A DNA stretch of 63,740 nt, filler included, from Welwitschia mirabilis (Eukaryota): NCBI GenBank assembly GCA_051453625.1. It is 9 parts of one record of this genome, joined end to end, with 100 filler letters (N's around TTAATTAATTAA, not from the genome) between each part and the next. Parts side by side here need not be neighbours in the genome. Positions count along the whole stretch, not along the records: positions 31,901 to 41,038 come from JBOZIK010000001.1; positions 41,139 to 49,492 come from JBOZIK010000001.1; positions 49,593 to 53,490 come from JBOZIK010000001.1; 6 more parts are not named here. One strand, written 5' to 3'. The notes beneath the pieces were generated by a model that saw nothing but the letters and a program-made list of their open reading frames with translations, did no database searches and was not told where the DNA came from. Position 1 is the first letter of the stretch; each line of letters opens with the position of its first letter. A program made the position numbers and the translations under genes. Shown piece after piece: positions 39,597 through 51,683 of the stretch.

Positions 39597-41732
39597 TGTT
39601 GTAGGAAAAACTGAAGCAAACAGAAAGGAGAAAAAATTAAAGGAAACAAAGATGAGAAGCAACACACCCTAATTTACGTGGAAAACCCCAAAGAAATTCT
39701 TGACCAGGGGAAGAAACTGCAGGAAGGTAGTGCCGAGCTCATGTGTTCAAACCATTGTTACTAGACTCGCGACGAGTCTTGTGAGTCTNNNNNNNNNNNN
39801 NNNNNNNNNNNNNNNNNNNNNNNNNNNNNNNNNNNNNNNNNNNNNNNNNNNNNNNNNNNNNNNNNNNNNNNNNNNNNNNNNNNNNNNNNNNNNNNNNNNN
39901 NNNNNNNNNNNNNNNNNNNNNNNNNNNNNNNNNNNNNNNNNNNNNNNNNNNNNNNNNNNNNNNNNNNNNNNNNNNNNNNNNNNNNNNNNNNNNNNNNNNN
40001 NNNNNNNNNNNNNNNNNNNNNNNNNNNNNNNNNNNNNNNNNNNNNNNNNNNNNNNNNNNNNNNNNNNNNNNNNNNNNNNNNNNNNNNNNNNNNNNNNNNN
40101 NNNNNNNNNNNNNNNNNNNNNNNNNNNNNNNNNNNNNNNNNNNNNNNNNNNNNNNNNNNNNNNNNNNNNNNNNNNNNNNNNNNNNNNNNNNNNNNNNNNN
40201 NNNNNNNNNNNNNNNNNNNNNNNNNNNNNNNNNNNNNNNNNNNNNNNNNNNNNNNNNNNNNNNNNNNNNNNNNNNNNNNNNNNNNNNNNNNNNNNNNNNN
40301 NNNNNNNNNNNNNNNNNNNNNNNNNNNNNNNNNNNNNNNNNNNNNNNNNNNNNNNNNNNNNNNNNNNNNNNNNNNNNNNNNNNNNNNNNNNNNNNNNNNN
40401 NNNNNNNNNNNNNNNNNNNNNNNNNNNNNNNNNNNNNNNNNNNNNNNNNNNNNNNNNNNNNNNNNNNNNNNNNNNNNNNNNNNNNNNNNNNNNNNNNNNN
40501 NNNNNNNNNNNNNNNNNNNNNNNNNNNNNNNNNNNNNNNNNNNNNNNNNNNNNNNNNNNNNNNNNNNNNNNNNNNNNNNNNNNNNNNNNNNNNNNNNNNN
40601 NNNNNNNNNNNNNNNNNNNNNNNNNNNNNNNNNNNNNNNNNNNNNNNNNNNNNNNNNNNNNNNNNNNNNNNNNNNNNNNNNNNNNNNNNNNNNNNNNNNN
40701 NNNNNNNNNNNNNNNNNNNNNNNNNNNNNNNNNNNNNNNNNNNNNNNNNNNNNNNNNNNNNNNNNNNNNGAGTCTGTGAGTTTGTGGCTCGTTGCGAGTC
40801 TGAAAAAGCAAACTTGCCGAGACGAGTTTGGGGGTCTTGGACTCGCCGGACTCGCCAAACTCACCAAGACCCTCGAACTCTCAACTACATTAAAAAAACA
40901 CTTAAAAAATTGATTTTTTAAGATTCAAACACCCTGGCATAGTCAAGAAATGTTATTTCTCTTGAAAGGATTTTGAAACGAAACAAAAATGGACAGAGAG
41001 AAGGGCTGAAATGAAGGTGAAAGTGTGAAGCATCAAACNNNNNNNNNNNNNNNNNNNNNNNNNNNNNNNNNNNNNNNNNNNNTTAATTAATTAANNNNNN
41101 NNNNNNNNNNNNNNNNNNNNNNNNNNNNNNNNNNNNNNTTGTAATGACTAATAAGTAATGACAACTTCGAGTTTTTGACAAACATAGTTATTTGTTTCAT
41201 TAATACCTAATATGGGGTATTTTCAACACTTGTCTAATATTTAGAAATGTTCTATGCCTTCTTGGAATGCATAAAAATGCCCTTTTCTTTCAAAAAAAAA
41301 TATGAAAACATAAACTCTTCTAGCCTTCCTGAGTTTCCGTTGAGTTTCGCCGAGTTTGCCGAGTTTTCCGAGTTTGGCTAACGAGTCCGAGTCCAAGTAG
41401 CCAAACGAGTTTGGTGTTGAGTCCGAGTTTCACAACCATGGTTCAAACAAACTAGAGTAAAACAATCTCCAAGTACAATAGGCATCCAACTCCAACCAAC
41501 ATTCCACATAGACATAACCTCCCCTTATAGCCTTTCATTAGGGGTTTCCACATCCATCTGGAACCTTCTAGATATCACTTTATAACATAATATTAACATT
41601 ACAAAAGTAACTTTAAAATATTATAAGGGACATGACCTTTTAAAAAGATCATAAGAAAGGGACTTTACAAAAGATTTGACTTCATTCTAGCACTTCTTCT
41701 CCTTGAAGACAAATCTGGCTAGTCTTACAACA
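39597..41732 (-). repeat. Copia-type LTR interrupted by a hAT element
   Basis: Perfect terminal inverted repeat TGTTGTA...TACAACA; internal ATTTACGTGGAAAACCCC and a reverse TATA (CTTATAG ~41524). About 440 bp once the insertion is removed; no TSD seen. Confidence 0.6.
39753..41440. mobile_element. hAT-superfamily DNA transposon (probably non-autonomous; interior mostly N)
   Basis: Perfect 8-bp TSD GTTCAAAC (39745-39752 and 41441-41448); imperfect TIR CATTGTT / AACCATG; subterminal ACTCG/CGAGT repeats at both ends. Confidence 0.85.
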
Positions 41733-41959
41733 AAACAAAAGTTGCACTACCTTTCAATTCCATTTATGCTTAGGTTCCTGTCACTTCAAGATGCTTTCTG
41801 TAGAAAATAGTCTTTTGCATTGTCATAGTCTTTATTAGGCTATTTGAAGGACTATGCTTGGTGTGAATCTTTTGCACTTTCATCCTTCTTCTATGACACC
41901 TTTCATGTATTGATGCCTTACATCAATGTGTTTTGCCCTTTCATGACACACTGGATTCT

Positions 41960-44100
41960 TGGCTATGGAGATTGCACACTTACAAAACACAACCCAAAGA
42001 ATGTAGAAAATTACAAAGCCATTTGATTTCTTTAAAAGATTCTGCTAATGCTACATATTCAGCCTCTGTGGTGGATAAAGAAACCCATGATTGCAACCTT
42101 GATAGCTAGCAAATAGCATATTCACCAAAGATAAATGCATGCTCTATAGTAGACTGTCTAGTAACCAAATCAACAACGAAAGTTGCATCCATAAAACCTA
42201 TGACCTCTAAATTTCCTTCTCCAAACTACAACCTCTAAGATTGAGTTCCCTTTCCATACTACAAAATCCATGTTACTGCATTTCAATGTATCCAACCTGG
42301 GTTACTCATGAATCTGCTTACAACTCCAACATCATAAACTATGTTAGCCTTAGTTCAAACCATATCGTACGCTAGTGAACCAATTGCAGACTTATATGGT
42401 ACAACTCCATTCTAGCATTTGCTATGAAATTTTGGGACAATCACTTTTGCTTAACTTATAAGAAGGAGCAACAGGAGTAGTAACGAGATGTGCATTAGGG
42501 ATACCAAACTTGTCCAACAATGTAGAAATGTATTCTTTTGCACTCAACCACAGTAGCTTGCTCTTCCCATTCCTTCCAATTTTCATGCCAAGAATTTTCT
42601 TGTTGGTCCTAAATCTTTCATGGCAAACCTTTTTCCCATGTCTAAGTTTGAGCATTCTATTTCTACTATATCATTACTAGCAATAAGCATATCATCAACA
42701 TAAAGCAGTTAAATGCAAAATTTAACTCGCAGATGACCTGAAATGATCAGAAGTACTTCTGTTATATTTTTGCTCTACATAAATGCAACAAATTTCTTGT
42801 ACTGTTGTCTGGGAGATTGTTTCAACCTATACAGACTTCTATTCAACTTGCACACCAAAGTTAGATATTTTTCATCTATGAATCCTTAAAGCTATTGCAT
42901 ATATATCTCTTGGTCAAGATACCATGTCAGAAGGTTGTCATAACGTCTAGCCACTCTAGTTCCAGATCCAAACAAGCAACTAGATATGAAACCATTCTAA
43001 TTGAAGAATGTTTAACGACTGGTGAGAAAATTTCTATAAAATGAATACCAAGTTTTTGTGCAAACCCTTTTACCACCAATCTTGCCTTGTATGTCTTTTG
43101 CTTATTTGAATTTGTTTTCAATCTGTAAACCCAACAATTGTTTAGAGCTTTCCTACTTATAGTTAGAGGTAGTGAATGCCATTTCTAGTTTTGATTCAAG
43201 GATTTCTATTCTTCCTTCATAGTTGCTTCCCACTTATCTACATCTGAGAATGCTTTAGCTTCTACAAATATTTCTGATTCTCTACAATAAGTAAGCAAAA
43301 CATAATTCAAGAAGGGATAATACATGTTAGATTGCTTTATTGCACATGTTGATCTTGTGACCCGATGCAGAGGAGTGTCACTAGGCATTTGAACATCCTC
43401 TTCTCAGTTTCCACCTAGTTTTTGCCCTCTATTTCATGCTTTACCTACTCTTTATCTTCATTATCAGTTGATATATGTTGTGGAACTAGTGTGTGGCTTT
43501 CACTATCAACAACTCCATGGAGCTTCTCATCATCATTGTCATAAATAGGATTTCTAATAGACTTATTCTATGGGAATTTGAAATTAGAACCTTTCCCAAC
43601 TTGAACCTAAGCCTCGAGTTTCTCATGATAAAACAAAGAACCTTCTCTACAAGTTATTTCTCTGGATTTGATTTCTTATCTAGAAATAGGGTCCCAACAT
43701 CTATAGCCAATGTTACATACCATATCCAATAAAGATGCATTTGTGTGCCCTATCATCCAACTTAGACCTATTGGAGTTTTGTTCATGGAATAGGCTTCAC
43801 AAACAAATACTCTCAAGTGCTTGTAGGAGATATCCTTTCCTGTTCAGACAATCTCTGGAATCTATCCATCCAGAGTTGAATGAGGAGGGTTGTTAATGAG
43901 AGATGCAACAATACTTACTGCACTAGCCCAAAATGTTTTTGGCAAATTTGATCTGGCCACCATTCTTCGTGTATGTTCCAAAAATGTTAGATTACACCTT
44001 TTTGCCACTTCATTTTGTTGTGGCATTTTTGGGGTGGTATGCATATGCATTAATCACCTTTGAGTACCAAAATTAGAAAAAGGATGTGTTATTCTCCCTT
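41960..44100 (-). pseudogene. Non-SIRE Ty1/copia pol (integrase-RT-RNase H), degenerate
   Basis: TPKMPQQNEVAKRCN...LPKTFWASAV (integrase), KWEATMKEE, YKARLVVKGFAQKLGIHFIEIFSPVVKHSSIR, LYVDDMLI (~42685-42707), VSLSTTEAEYVA (~42050-42085). Confidence 0.92.
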
Positions 44101-44453
44101 CTGTGTTATTCAATATGCTTCCAGCTGTGTTATTCTTCCATCTAAGTGGCTTGCAAATTTTTGGGTGATATCTTACTTCTTGCATTTTTATCTCACCTAG
44201 ATGTCCCGGCTTGTTACCCACACATCTGTCTCCTTTTTCCTAGGTGTCAATTCTTCAAAACAGAAAGAAAAATCTGGGTATTATGACCTAGACATCTGCC
44301 CAAAATAGGACGTTCGCTCTTTTACACGGACACAACCCCAGGCGGATGGTCGCGCTCCTTTTTGTCTTTTTATTTAGTTTTATCATCTTTCCTTCTTCAT
44401 TCTGCAACGTGACAATCCTCTGCTAGCCTCTTTGTCTATCTTCTTCAGTCATC

Positions 44454-45466
44454 ATGGATAGAAACAAGTTGGCTACTTCAAGAAAAGGGAAGGAACTTGA
44501 ATTAGAAGAAGAATAATTTTTAACTATAGAGCACTAAAAATCGTCGTTTGGAGGCTTTTCAAAGAGGTCAATTGCTCTAAAATGCAAAATAGATTTTGAG
44601 TCTTTTAGACATGAAGTTTGTATTATCCACAAATTTGAAAAGCAAGGGTGGCTATATGCCTTAGACCCAGATACTTGGGCTTCCATAAGAATGGTACGTC
44701 TGTTTTACCGTGATGTTATTTTTAACCCTTTAGAGTCTTTACCACAAACATTTACGGTAGAAGGGTAGATGTAGATCTAGAAGCCATTTCTTTAGTCACC
44801 GGTTATCCAAACGAGGAATTTTTTAGAAAAATTACTTCAGTTAGCTTATTACAAGAAGTTGTCTCTAAAGAGGTTTTAACAATAGAACTCTGTGGGTCTA
44901 ATATTGCATGGAGAGCTAGTATTCCCACCAACAATCTAAATCTTGTTATAGAGTTTTATTTCAGATTTCTACTCATAATCTAGTACCCAAACTTGGGTAA
45001 AAAGATGAAGTATCACCTCTTTGTGCTTATATCTTGTGTTGCCTTGGCACTGGAGTTCGAATTAATCTATGCAAATTTATAATGTTCTACATGTGTCGAT
45101 TCATCAGTGCCAGCTACAATAGTTTACCATTTGGAGGTTTAATTACAGCTATTTTAGAAAATCATCAGTTTGTTATTCAGAAAGATGATGAGCTTGTCAA
45201 AGTGTCGAAGCCTCTGAGGCTATATTCTTTAAAGAAAATGGACATCAGAAACAACGTGTTGAAGAAGGCCTAAGCTTAGGGCCATGGAAGCAATCCTAGA
45301 AGTTAAAGAAATAACTTTGAAAGCCTAGCAGACTACTGATAAAATGCACAGGAAAGTTGATAGGATTGTATTTGGTTTGTCTGCTTATGGTCTAGAGATT
45401 CCACCTGGTTTTGACAAAAAGGAATAGTAGCCTACGAATTCTAAGCATGATGACTCTTCTGACTAG
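44454..45466 (+). pseudogene. Sirevirus extra 3' ORF, copy 3 (near complete, many stops)
   Basis: MDRNKLATSRKGKE...IDFESFRHE...FEKQGWLYALDPDTWASIRMVRLFY...CLGTGVRINLCKFI...SLPFGGLITAILENHQF...FGLSAYGLEIPP. Confidence 0.8.
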
Positions 45467-45922
45467 ATGTTCTTCCCTCTCATGCTCTTCTTATGTACGT
45501 GTGTTCTTGCTTTAATCTTTTGTTGTATTTCAAAACTACCATCTATTGTAAACTCATTTTTTAGTAATGAAATATCCTTCGTTTTCTTTCTCACTAGATT
45601 TTTCAATGTGCTCTATATTGTTTTTTAATAATGACAAAGGGAAAGAAACTATTTAGATCCTTGCTTAAGTAATGTTTTTTCTATTCTCAAACGACATTTT
45701 TGCTCATTGTTAACATCAAATTAATAGTTCCTCTCTATACTCCAAATATTGAAATTCTTTGTTCTACAAATTTTTTGCACTAATCTGGTCTGCATAGACA
45801 CGGTACGTTAGTTATTCATGTAGGCATCAAGTAAATCCCAACAACACAAATTCAGGGGGAGTAACCAGCTCTTCCATCTTCAAAATCTCGAGAAAGGTTG
45901 TCATCATTGAAAAAGCAGAGAT

Positions 45923-47034
45923 TGTTAAAGATTTATGTTTCAATGATGATCAGAAGATTTAGAAGCATGATGTAGTCCAAACGGCATCAACAAAGAGGAA
46001 CAAAAAAATGATATATCGTGTTTGTGCCAATTGGAACGTTCGACTGTGAAACTTGGATGTCTGCACCTCTATACAATTTCTTGTATAGGGACGTCTAGAT
46101 TTGGAACCGAGATGTCTGGTCCTGTGTGCGAGAAGAAAATTGTATAAGGACATCTAAGATCTATACTGGGATGTTCGCTTTTGTTTGCAGACAAAAAGCA
46201 CAAGGACATCAAGATCCTAAGGTGGGACATTCGTTCCTATACTTGGTCCTCATTATGGGAACATTTGGATTTTTTTTTATCGGGACATTTGCCCCTGTAC
46301 TCAGTCCTGATTATGAGGACATTCAAATTTTTGAGCGGGATGTCGAAGATCCTATGTAGTTTTGACAGGGGTCAAGGATTACAACAGGGACGTCCGGACC
46401 TTGAAAAGGGGATGTCTGTGCAGGTGAACGTTGAAGCGGAAAAATAGGCATTGCTTAGAGTGCACATTTCAAGACATCAATGGTCATAGATCCTTCCTAG
46501 CACACCATCCAAGGCAAAAGGCTCCTCGTTTAAGGCTATAACAGCTATATCTTGTTAAACCTTATAGAAAAGATCAAAATATCATTCTGTAGAGGACACT
46601 TCTTGATGATATAACATTTGTAATATCTACCTCTGCAAGGATCTTCACGTTGTGTAGTATCCCAAAATCTGGGTATCTTCTAAGTGATTGTATTACTTAT
46701 TTGATAATCAGTGCATTCTAAGGCACATTCCTACCATCAGACTTTTTAGCTCACCTTGTATTGTATGCTCAAGTTGGAGCATTTGAGATAAGTCCCTTGA
46801 GAAAAGGGCATTGTAGGAAGCTTAAAACCCTATGCAAAGGGGCTTGTAGTTGTCGTTGCTTGCTGAGAGTGGAGTAGGCAAAGGGCTGAACCACTATAAA
46901 TCTCTGGTGTTATCTTGGTGTGGTTTGCCTTTTAATTGGTTATTTTTTATTAAAGATTAAGAACAATTGTTTTATTAAAGAAATATTTTGAAACACCCTA
47001 TTGACCCCCTTTAGGGTGGCATATGATCCTAACG
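45923..47034 (+). repeat. Complete Sirevirus 3' LTR (~1.1 kb)
   Basis: Preceded by three PPT-like tracts (~45635, ~45854, ~45909). Starts TGTTAAAG, has palindromic repeats in U3 and GAACCACTATAAA (~46888), and ends CCCTATTGACCCCCTTTAGGG...CCTAACG. Confidence 0.85.
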
Positions 47035-49492
47035 CTTCTTCCTTATCTACTGTTTGCTTCTTGAATTCTTCTTGGTTTTGTAGAAACCTTAAGATGTGGT
47101 CATCTTCTTCAAAGAATTCGAAATCTTTGATGTTATCAGGAACTAATCTCTTAGAAAGGAGGGTGATCTATCCTTGAACAGCTGGGTCATCCACTGGGGC
47201 TCCTATGGTGGCGAAAGCAATGACCTTATCTATTAGGGAGTTCTGTCCCCTAGTAATCTGGAAAAGAGACCATTCTCTGAATTTTCAAGGAGATCTAGGA
47301 CTCGGGCTTTGTATGCTTTTAACATAGGATTATGGGTCTGGTACTCCCCTTTAATCTACTTGATGACCACCTGTAAATCTCTAAAAATGTGGGCCTTCTT
47401 GATCTTCTTTTGTAGTGCCACCTTGAGGGTTTGTATGAGGGATTCATATTCTTGTGGCATTGTTAGTCTTCTCTGTGCTATAAGATCTCACGTTGTACTT
47501 CAGATAAGTCTCTCTCTTTCTCTCTCTCTATCTAGATCTAGTTCAAAATGCCCTTTCAAGGCAACTACATGTGAGAATAATCAGAAAAGATATAGGCATT
47601 GAGAGAGACTACCCAACTCTGACTCAGCAAGGCTTCATAGATCACAAGAATGTTTACAACGTAAAAGTCTGTCACACTCATAACTTTTGGATCTACAACT
47701 AGCTAAACCTTGACACAGTTCAGGATGCCTTGAAGTTTGACATCTGTTTTGTCTAGTTCGACAACGGTCTTATTGGATTCTGTTGGGTTGGGGTCCAGCT
47801 GCATAACAACTTCAAATGGAAGGATGTTGGCTAAGGTTTCTGAGTTATAAGGCAATTATGGACATTTTTGCCAAAAATCCATGATGTAACAAGGAAGGAA
47901 GGCACTATCTTTTCAGTAGTAAAAATGGTGGCCTTAGCCTTTAACTTTGCAATGTTCATCACTTTTTGCCGGCCAGGTGGGGTGGCTCTGCTTCCTTGCC
48001 GAGGGACAAGCATGTAACTGTGTAAATGTGGGGTTGGTTAGTGAGTACGTAACAAGTGAATTCCCTGGAACCACATGCTATGTTTGGCTCTAGTCCAGTC
48101 ACCCGTGCCAGTGGAAGAAGGGTGATAGTTGATGCGGTTTGGTGTGACACCAACTCAGTTGCGCGTTGTTGCATGTTTTGGGTGAGTGCCACTTGTAATG
48201 GTGTGTGCCCCACAGAACCCTTGCATAACCCCAACCCCACTTACAACGGCGGTGCGCATTCATCATGCAAGCCTGAGATAGTTTGCTCCTCTGCTTTTTG
48301 CTCATCTGTAAGACTTCGAAGATAGATAGGTTGGCCTTGGGCTTCTTTGGGTCTTCCACTACATCATACAATGATGTGAGCTTTTTCTTTTCTTTTTTAG
48401 TTGTTCTAGCAAGATTTTTTGTTGAAGTAGATGGCTGGTACGTTTCATCTCTGGGAAAATATAGAGGATCATTAAAAGGACCTTGGTTAGGTGGCGTTGG
48501 ATTCCTACTAGGAGGGATGAAAGTGGTGGTAGTGACCTCCTTTTCTTTGGATCTTTTCTCCTTGTATTCAGTTGGATTGGGTTTGAGACCAAGGGCTTCT
48601 CTATTAGCAACTCTAGCCTTTCTAGTGTAGAGGGAAGTCTGGAGGACTGACATGTCCTCTGTAACGTGTTCTAGTTCATTTTCACTTTCACGGGGAATAG
48701 AAGCCACGTTTACTTCTCTCAGGGAATCCATGATATCAAAATAGTATGTCCCTTCTAGCTGAGAAGGGGAGGCCTAAGAAGCCTTTATAATCTCTTTGAT
48801 CCGGAGATAATCTTGGCAAGTCCATCCAAGCTAATTGGTATTGAATGGAAAGGACAGAAATTGTGAAGTGATGAACGTTGAAATCTTCCCTGGAATGTTG
48901 AGTGCATGGTTGTTTTGGATTGTAGGTCGTGTTGGGGAACAACTTCCTTGTTGATCTTTCTTCTCTTTCTTGACCTCTTTTCTATTGAGAGATTCTGAGT
49001 TGCTCCATACCCTAAGTTAATTTTCTTTGCATTCTAGCAAAAGCTTCTATTTCTCCACCTTCTTCCAAACTACAAGAGGCTTCTATGTGAGTAGAAGGTG
49101 TACTTGGAGATAACGGAATGGGATTGAGATTTGGATGTGAAGAAGAAGTAGTAGTAGTAGTGGTCTAAGAAGAAGCAACAAAAGTAGAAAGATGAAAGGA
49201 AGGCAGAAGAAAAGATGGTATCACAGTTGTGGTAGGGCTTGGTAGTTGAAGTAATTGAGGTGAATAAGGGTCTGCAAGATTGAAAGAAGCAGTGGTAGGA
49301 AGTAGTGTAATGTTTAGTGGTAGCAGATTGGTAGGGTTCAGATGAACTGGGCTTGGGTGACCATATGGGGTAATGGGCATAAGCTTCTCTAGTGGATTGT
49401 CTTGCTCATAAGATCCTAGAGGCTATTTAAATTGGGTCTTCACTCCAAGAAGAATTGAGTCATTTCGTTTAGAGCAGATTTATATACCACCA
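47035..49492 (-). mobile_element. Tat-like Ty3/gypsy remnant (gag, protease, additional RNase H; RT absent)
   Basis: LYDVVEDPKKPKANLSIFEVLQ, GKNVHNCLI (protease), then TNNA.EYESLIQTLKVA...IFRDLQVVIK*IKGEY and ITRGQNSLID (aRH-type RNase HI, 47230-47470). Pro-rich gag N-terminus at ~49165-49440. Confidence 0.75.
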
Positions 49493-49592
49493 NNNNNNNN
49501 NNNNNNNNNNNNNNNNNNNNNNNNNNNNNNNNNNNNTTAATTAATTAANNNNNNNNNNNNNNNNNNNNNNNNNNNNNNNNNNNNNNNNNNNN

Positions 49593-50626
49593 AATAAACT
49601 TAGCAAGAAAAAGTCATCAAGAAGATCGTGCAGAATTGTTAAATTGTAACAGACCCAAATGCACTATCTCAGAAGAGCCAAAGTTGAAGAAATCCAAAGA
49701 GGGTGCTATAGGGACATCTAGATCTTAAACTGGGACATCCAACCCTATAAATAGTTTTGTGTACAGGGACATCCGGATCTGAAACTAAGACGTTTGGCCC
49801 TGTAAGCAGTCTTTTTATATAGGGACGTCCGGACTTGAAAACGGGATGTCCGCCCCTGCATATGGCCTCATTGTATGGGGATGTCTGGGCTATCAATCGG
49901 AACATCCAACCACTCACTTAGTTTTTGACAGGTCAAGTATTAAAACTAGGACGTCTGGATTATCTGAATGGGATGTCTTGCCAAGCGAATGTTGGAGGAG
50001 AAAAATGAAATTTCTAAAATGTTAGATTTAGCACTCTAAGAACCGAAAGGGAATAGAGCAAATAGAGCTTTAATAGCATACCATTCAATGCTGATGGCTC
50101 ACGTTTTGAGACCACAACAACTATATTCTTAGATAAGCTCTTGTATAAAAGACCTAGACTTTATGGTAGTTCAAAAAAGAACTGTACAACACTTCCGTGC
50201 TATATTCATTATTGAAATACTCTCTTTTAAGCTATTATGCCCAACTGAGTATCCTAATCTCTGAGCTATTGTACTTCCAAGCTAATGTTTAGTGCATTTC
50301 TAAGCACAATCTATTCATCAGATTCTGGTTGTTTTCTCATTATTAGATGCTCAAGTTTGAGCATTGTGGTTAAGTCCCTTGGGTAAAGGGCATTGTAAGA
50401 AATTGACACCCTTAAGGAAAGGCTTGTGTAAGTTCTAAAGAGCTAAGGGAAGTAGGAGACGAGAAGTTGTTGCTGCCCCCAAGAGTGAAGTACCCAAAGG
50501 GCCGAACCACTATAAAATTCTAGTGTTTTCCTTGTATTTTTGTAGTTTTTTTGTTTTATTGATTTTATTAGCTTTTGTTCTTATAGGTTACTTTAGCTGA
50601 GAATAACTTAATTGAAAATTAAAAAC
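49593..50626 (+). repeat. Sirevirus LTR (host copy), interrupted; its last 47 bp lie at 56635-56681
   Basis: GGACGTCC repeats at 49710-49980 and GGGCCGAACCACTATAAA at ~50499. The terminus CCCTATTCATCCCCTTCTAGGG...CTAACA is found after the nested element. Confidence 0.8.
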
Positions 50627-51683
50627 TGTTAGGATCAAAAACACCCTAGAAGGAGGGTAAATAAGGCTTTTAACTTAAATATGAAAACTGAAAACAATCA
50701 ATTGCACATAAATCTGAAAAATAAATCATAAGAAAAGATGCACCAGATTTTATAGTGGTTCGGCTCTTCCAGCCTACTACACTCACAGGGATAGCACAAT
50801 GCCTTCAGCCTTCTAGTTGCCTTAAATCAAAGCTATTTCTTTCAATATAACAACCCTCTAAATTAGGGAAATCATAGTTCTTGCTCTTTCAAATCATCAC
50901 AAGAGAAGAGAGAAGAGAGGTCTGATGTCGATTGAGCCTTGAAGCACAAATCATCAGCAAGTAGTACAACAACAATGATTCAGATTTGCTTAGTTCAGCC
51001 CACTTTATAGTCTAGAGAAATAGAACTTTCTCTCCAAATGATTACAACAAATTTTCACAGTTCAGATTTGTGTATAAATCGTTTCAAATACAATATTTAT
51101 ATGATTTACGTTGAAGGGATCAAAGCCAACCCTAGATAGGGTCATTTCTTGATTTAAGTGCCATTAGGAACCTTCTTTTAGTCGTTCTAGGCTTTGTATC
51201 AGCGCCCAATGTTCATCTAAGCACGCTTTTCGCAGTGATGATTAACTAATCGGACGTCCCATTTGGAAAATCCAGATGTCCTAGCTTTTTAAGTTTTCTA
51301 TCACAAAGAACTGAGATAGGGACCGAATGTACTGATTTTGATGCTCGGATGTCCCAGTACATTTTGCTGAGAACAGGTAACGTCCCAGTACAGTATTGGC
51401 ACATACTAATATATATATATATATATCCGGTCTTAGTTCGGATTGCAGGTTGCAACTCGCTTGCATGATTTGCTCATGATTAGAAAAAATTGCACGAGAT
51501 AGGCACAGAAGAGAAAAAAGATTTGTTGCATTAACTTTAGAAGCATACAAATGATAGGTGTTCAGTACAAATATACAAAATGTTCTTCCCCTTTGTCATC
51601 ATTGAAAATACAATATGTGAGATAAGAAATAGGAGAGACACACGAGAAGTGAAGAGAAAGAAGAGGTATGAGAAGACACAAGA

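Noticed and set aside
37696..40867. Long ORFs of 300-370 aa in the ORF track (also those at 7209-7764, 52016-52654, 54424-55054, 59172-59683)
   Set aside because: They are open only because they run through N stretches.
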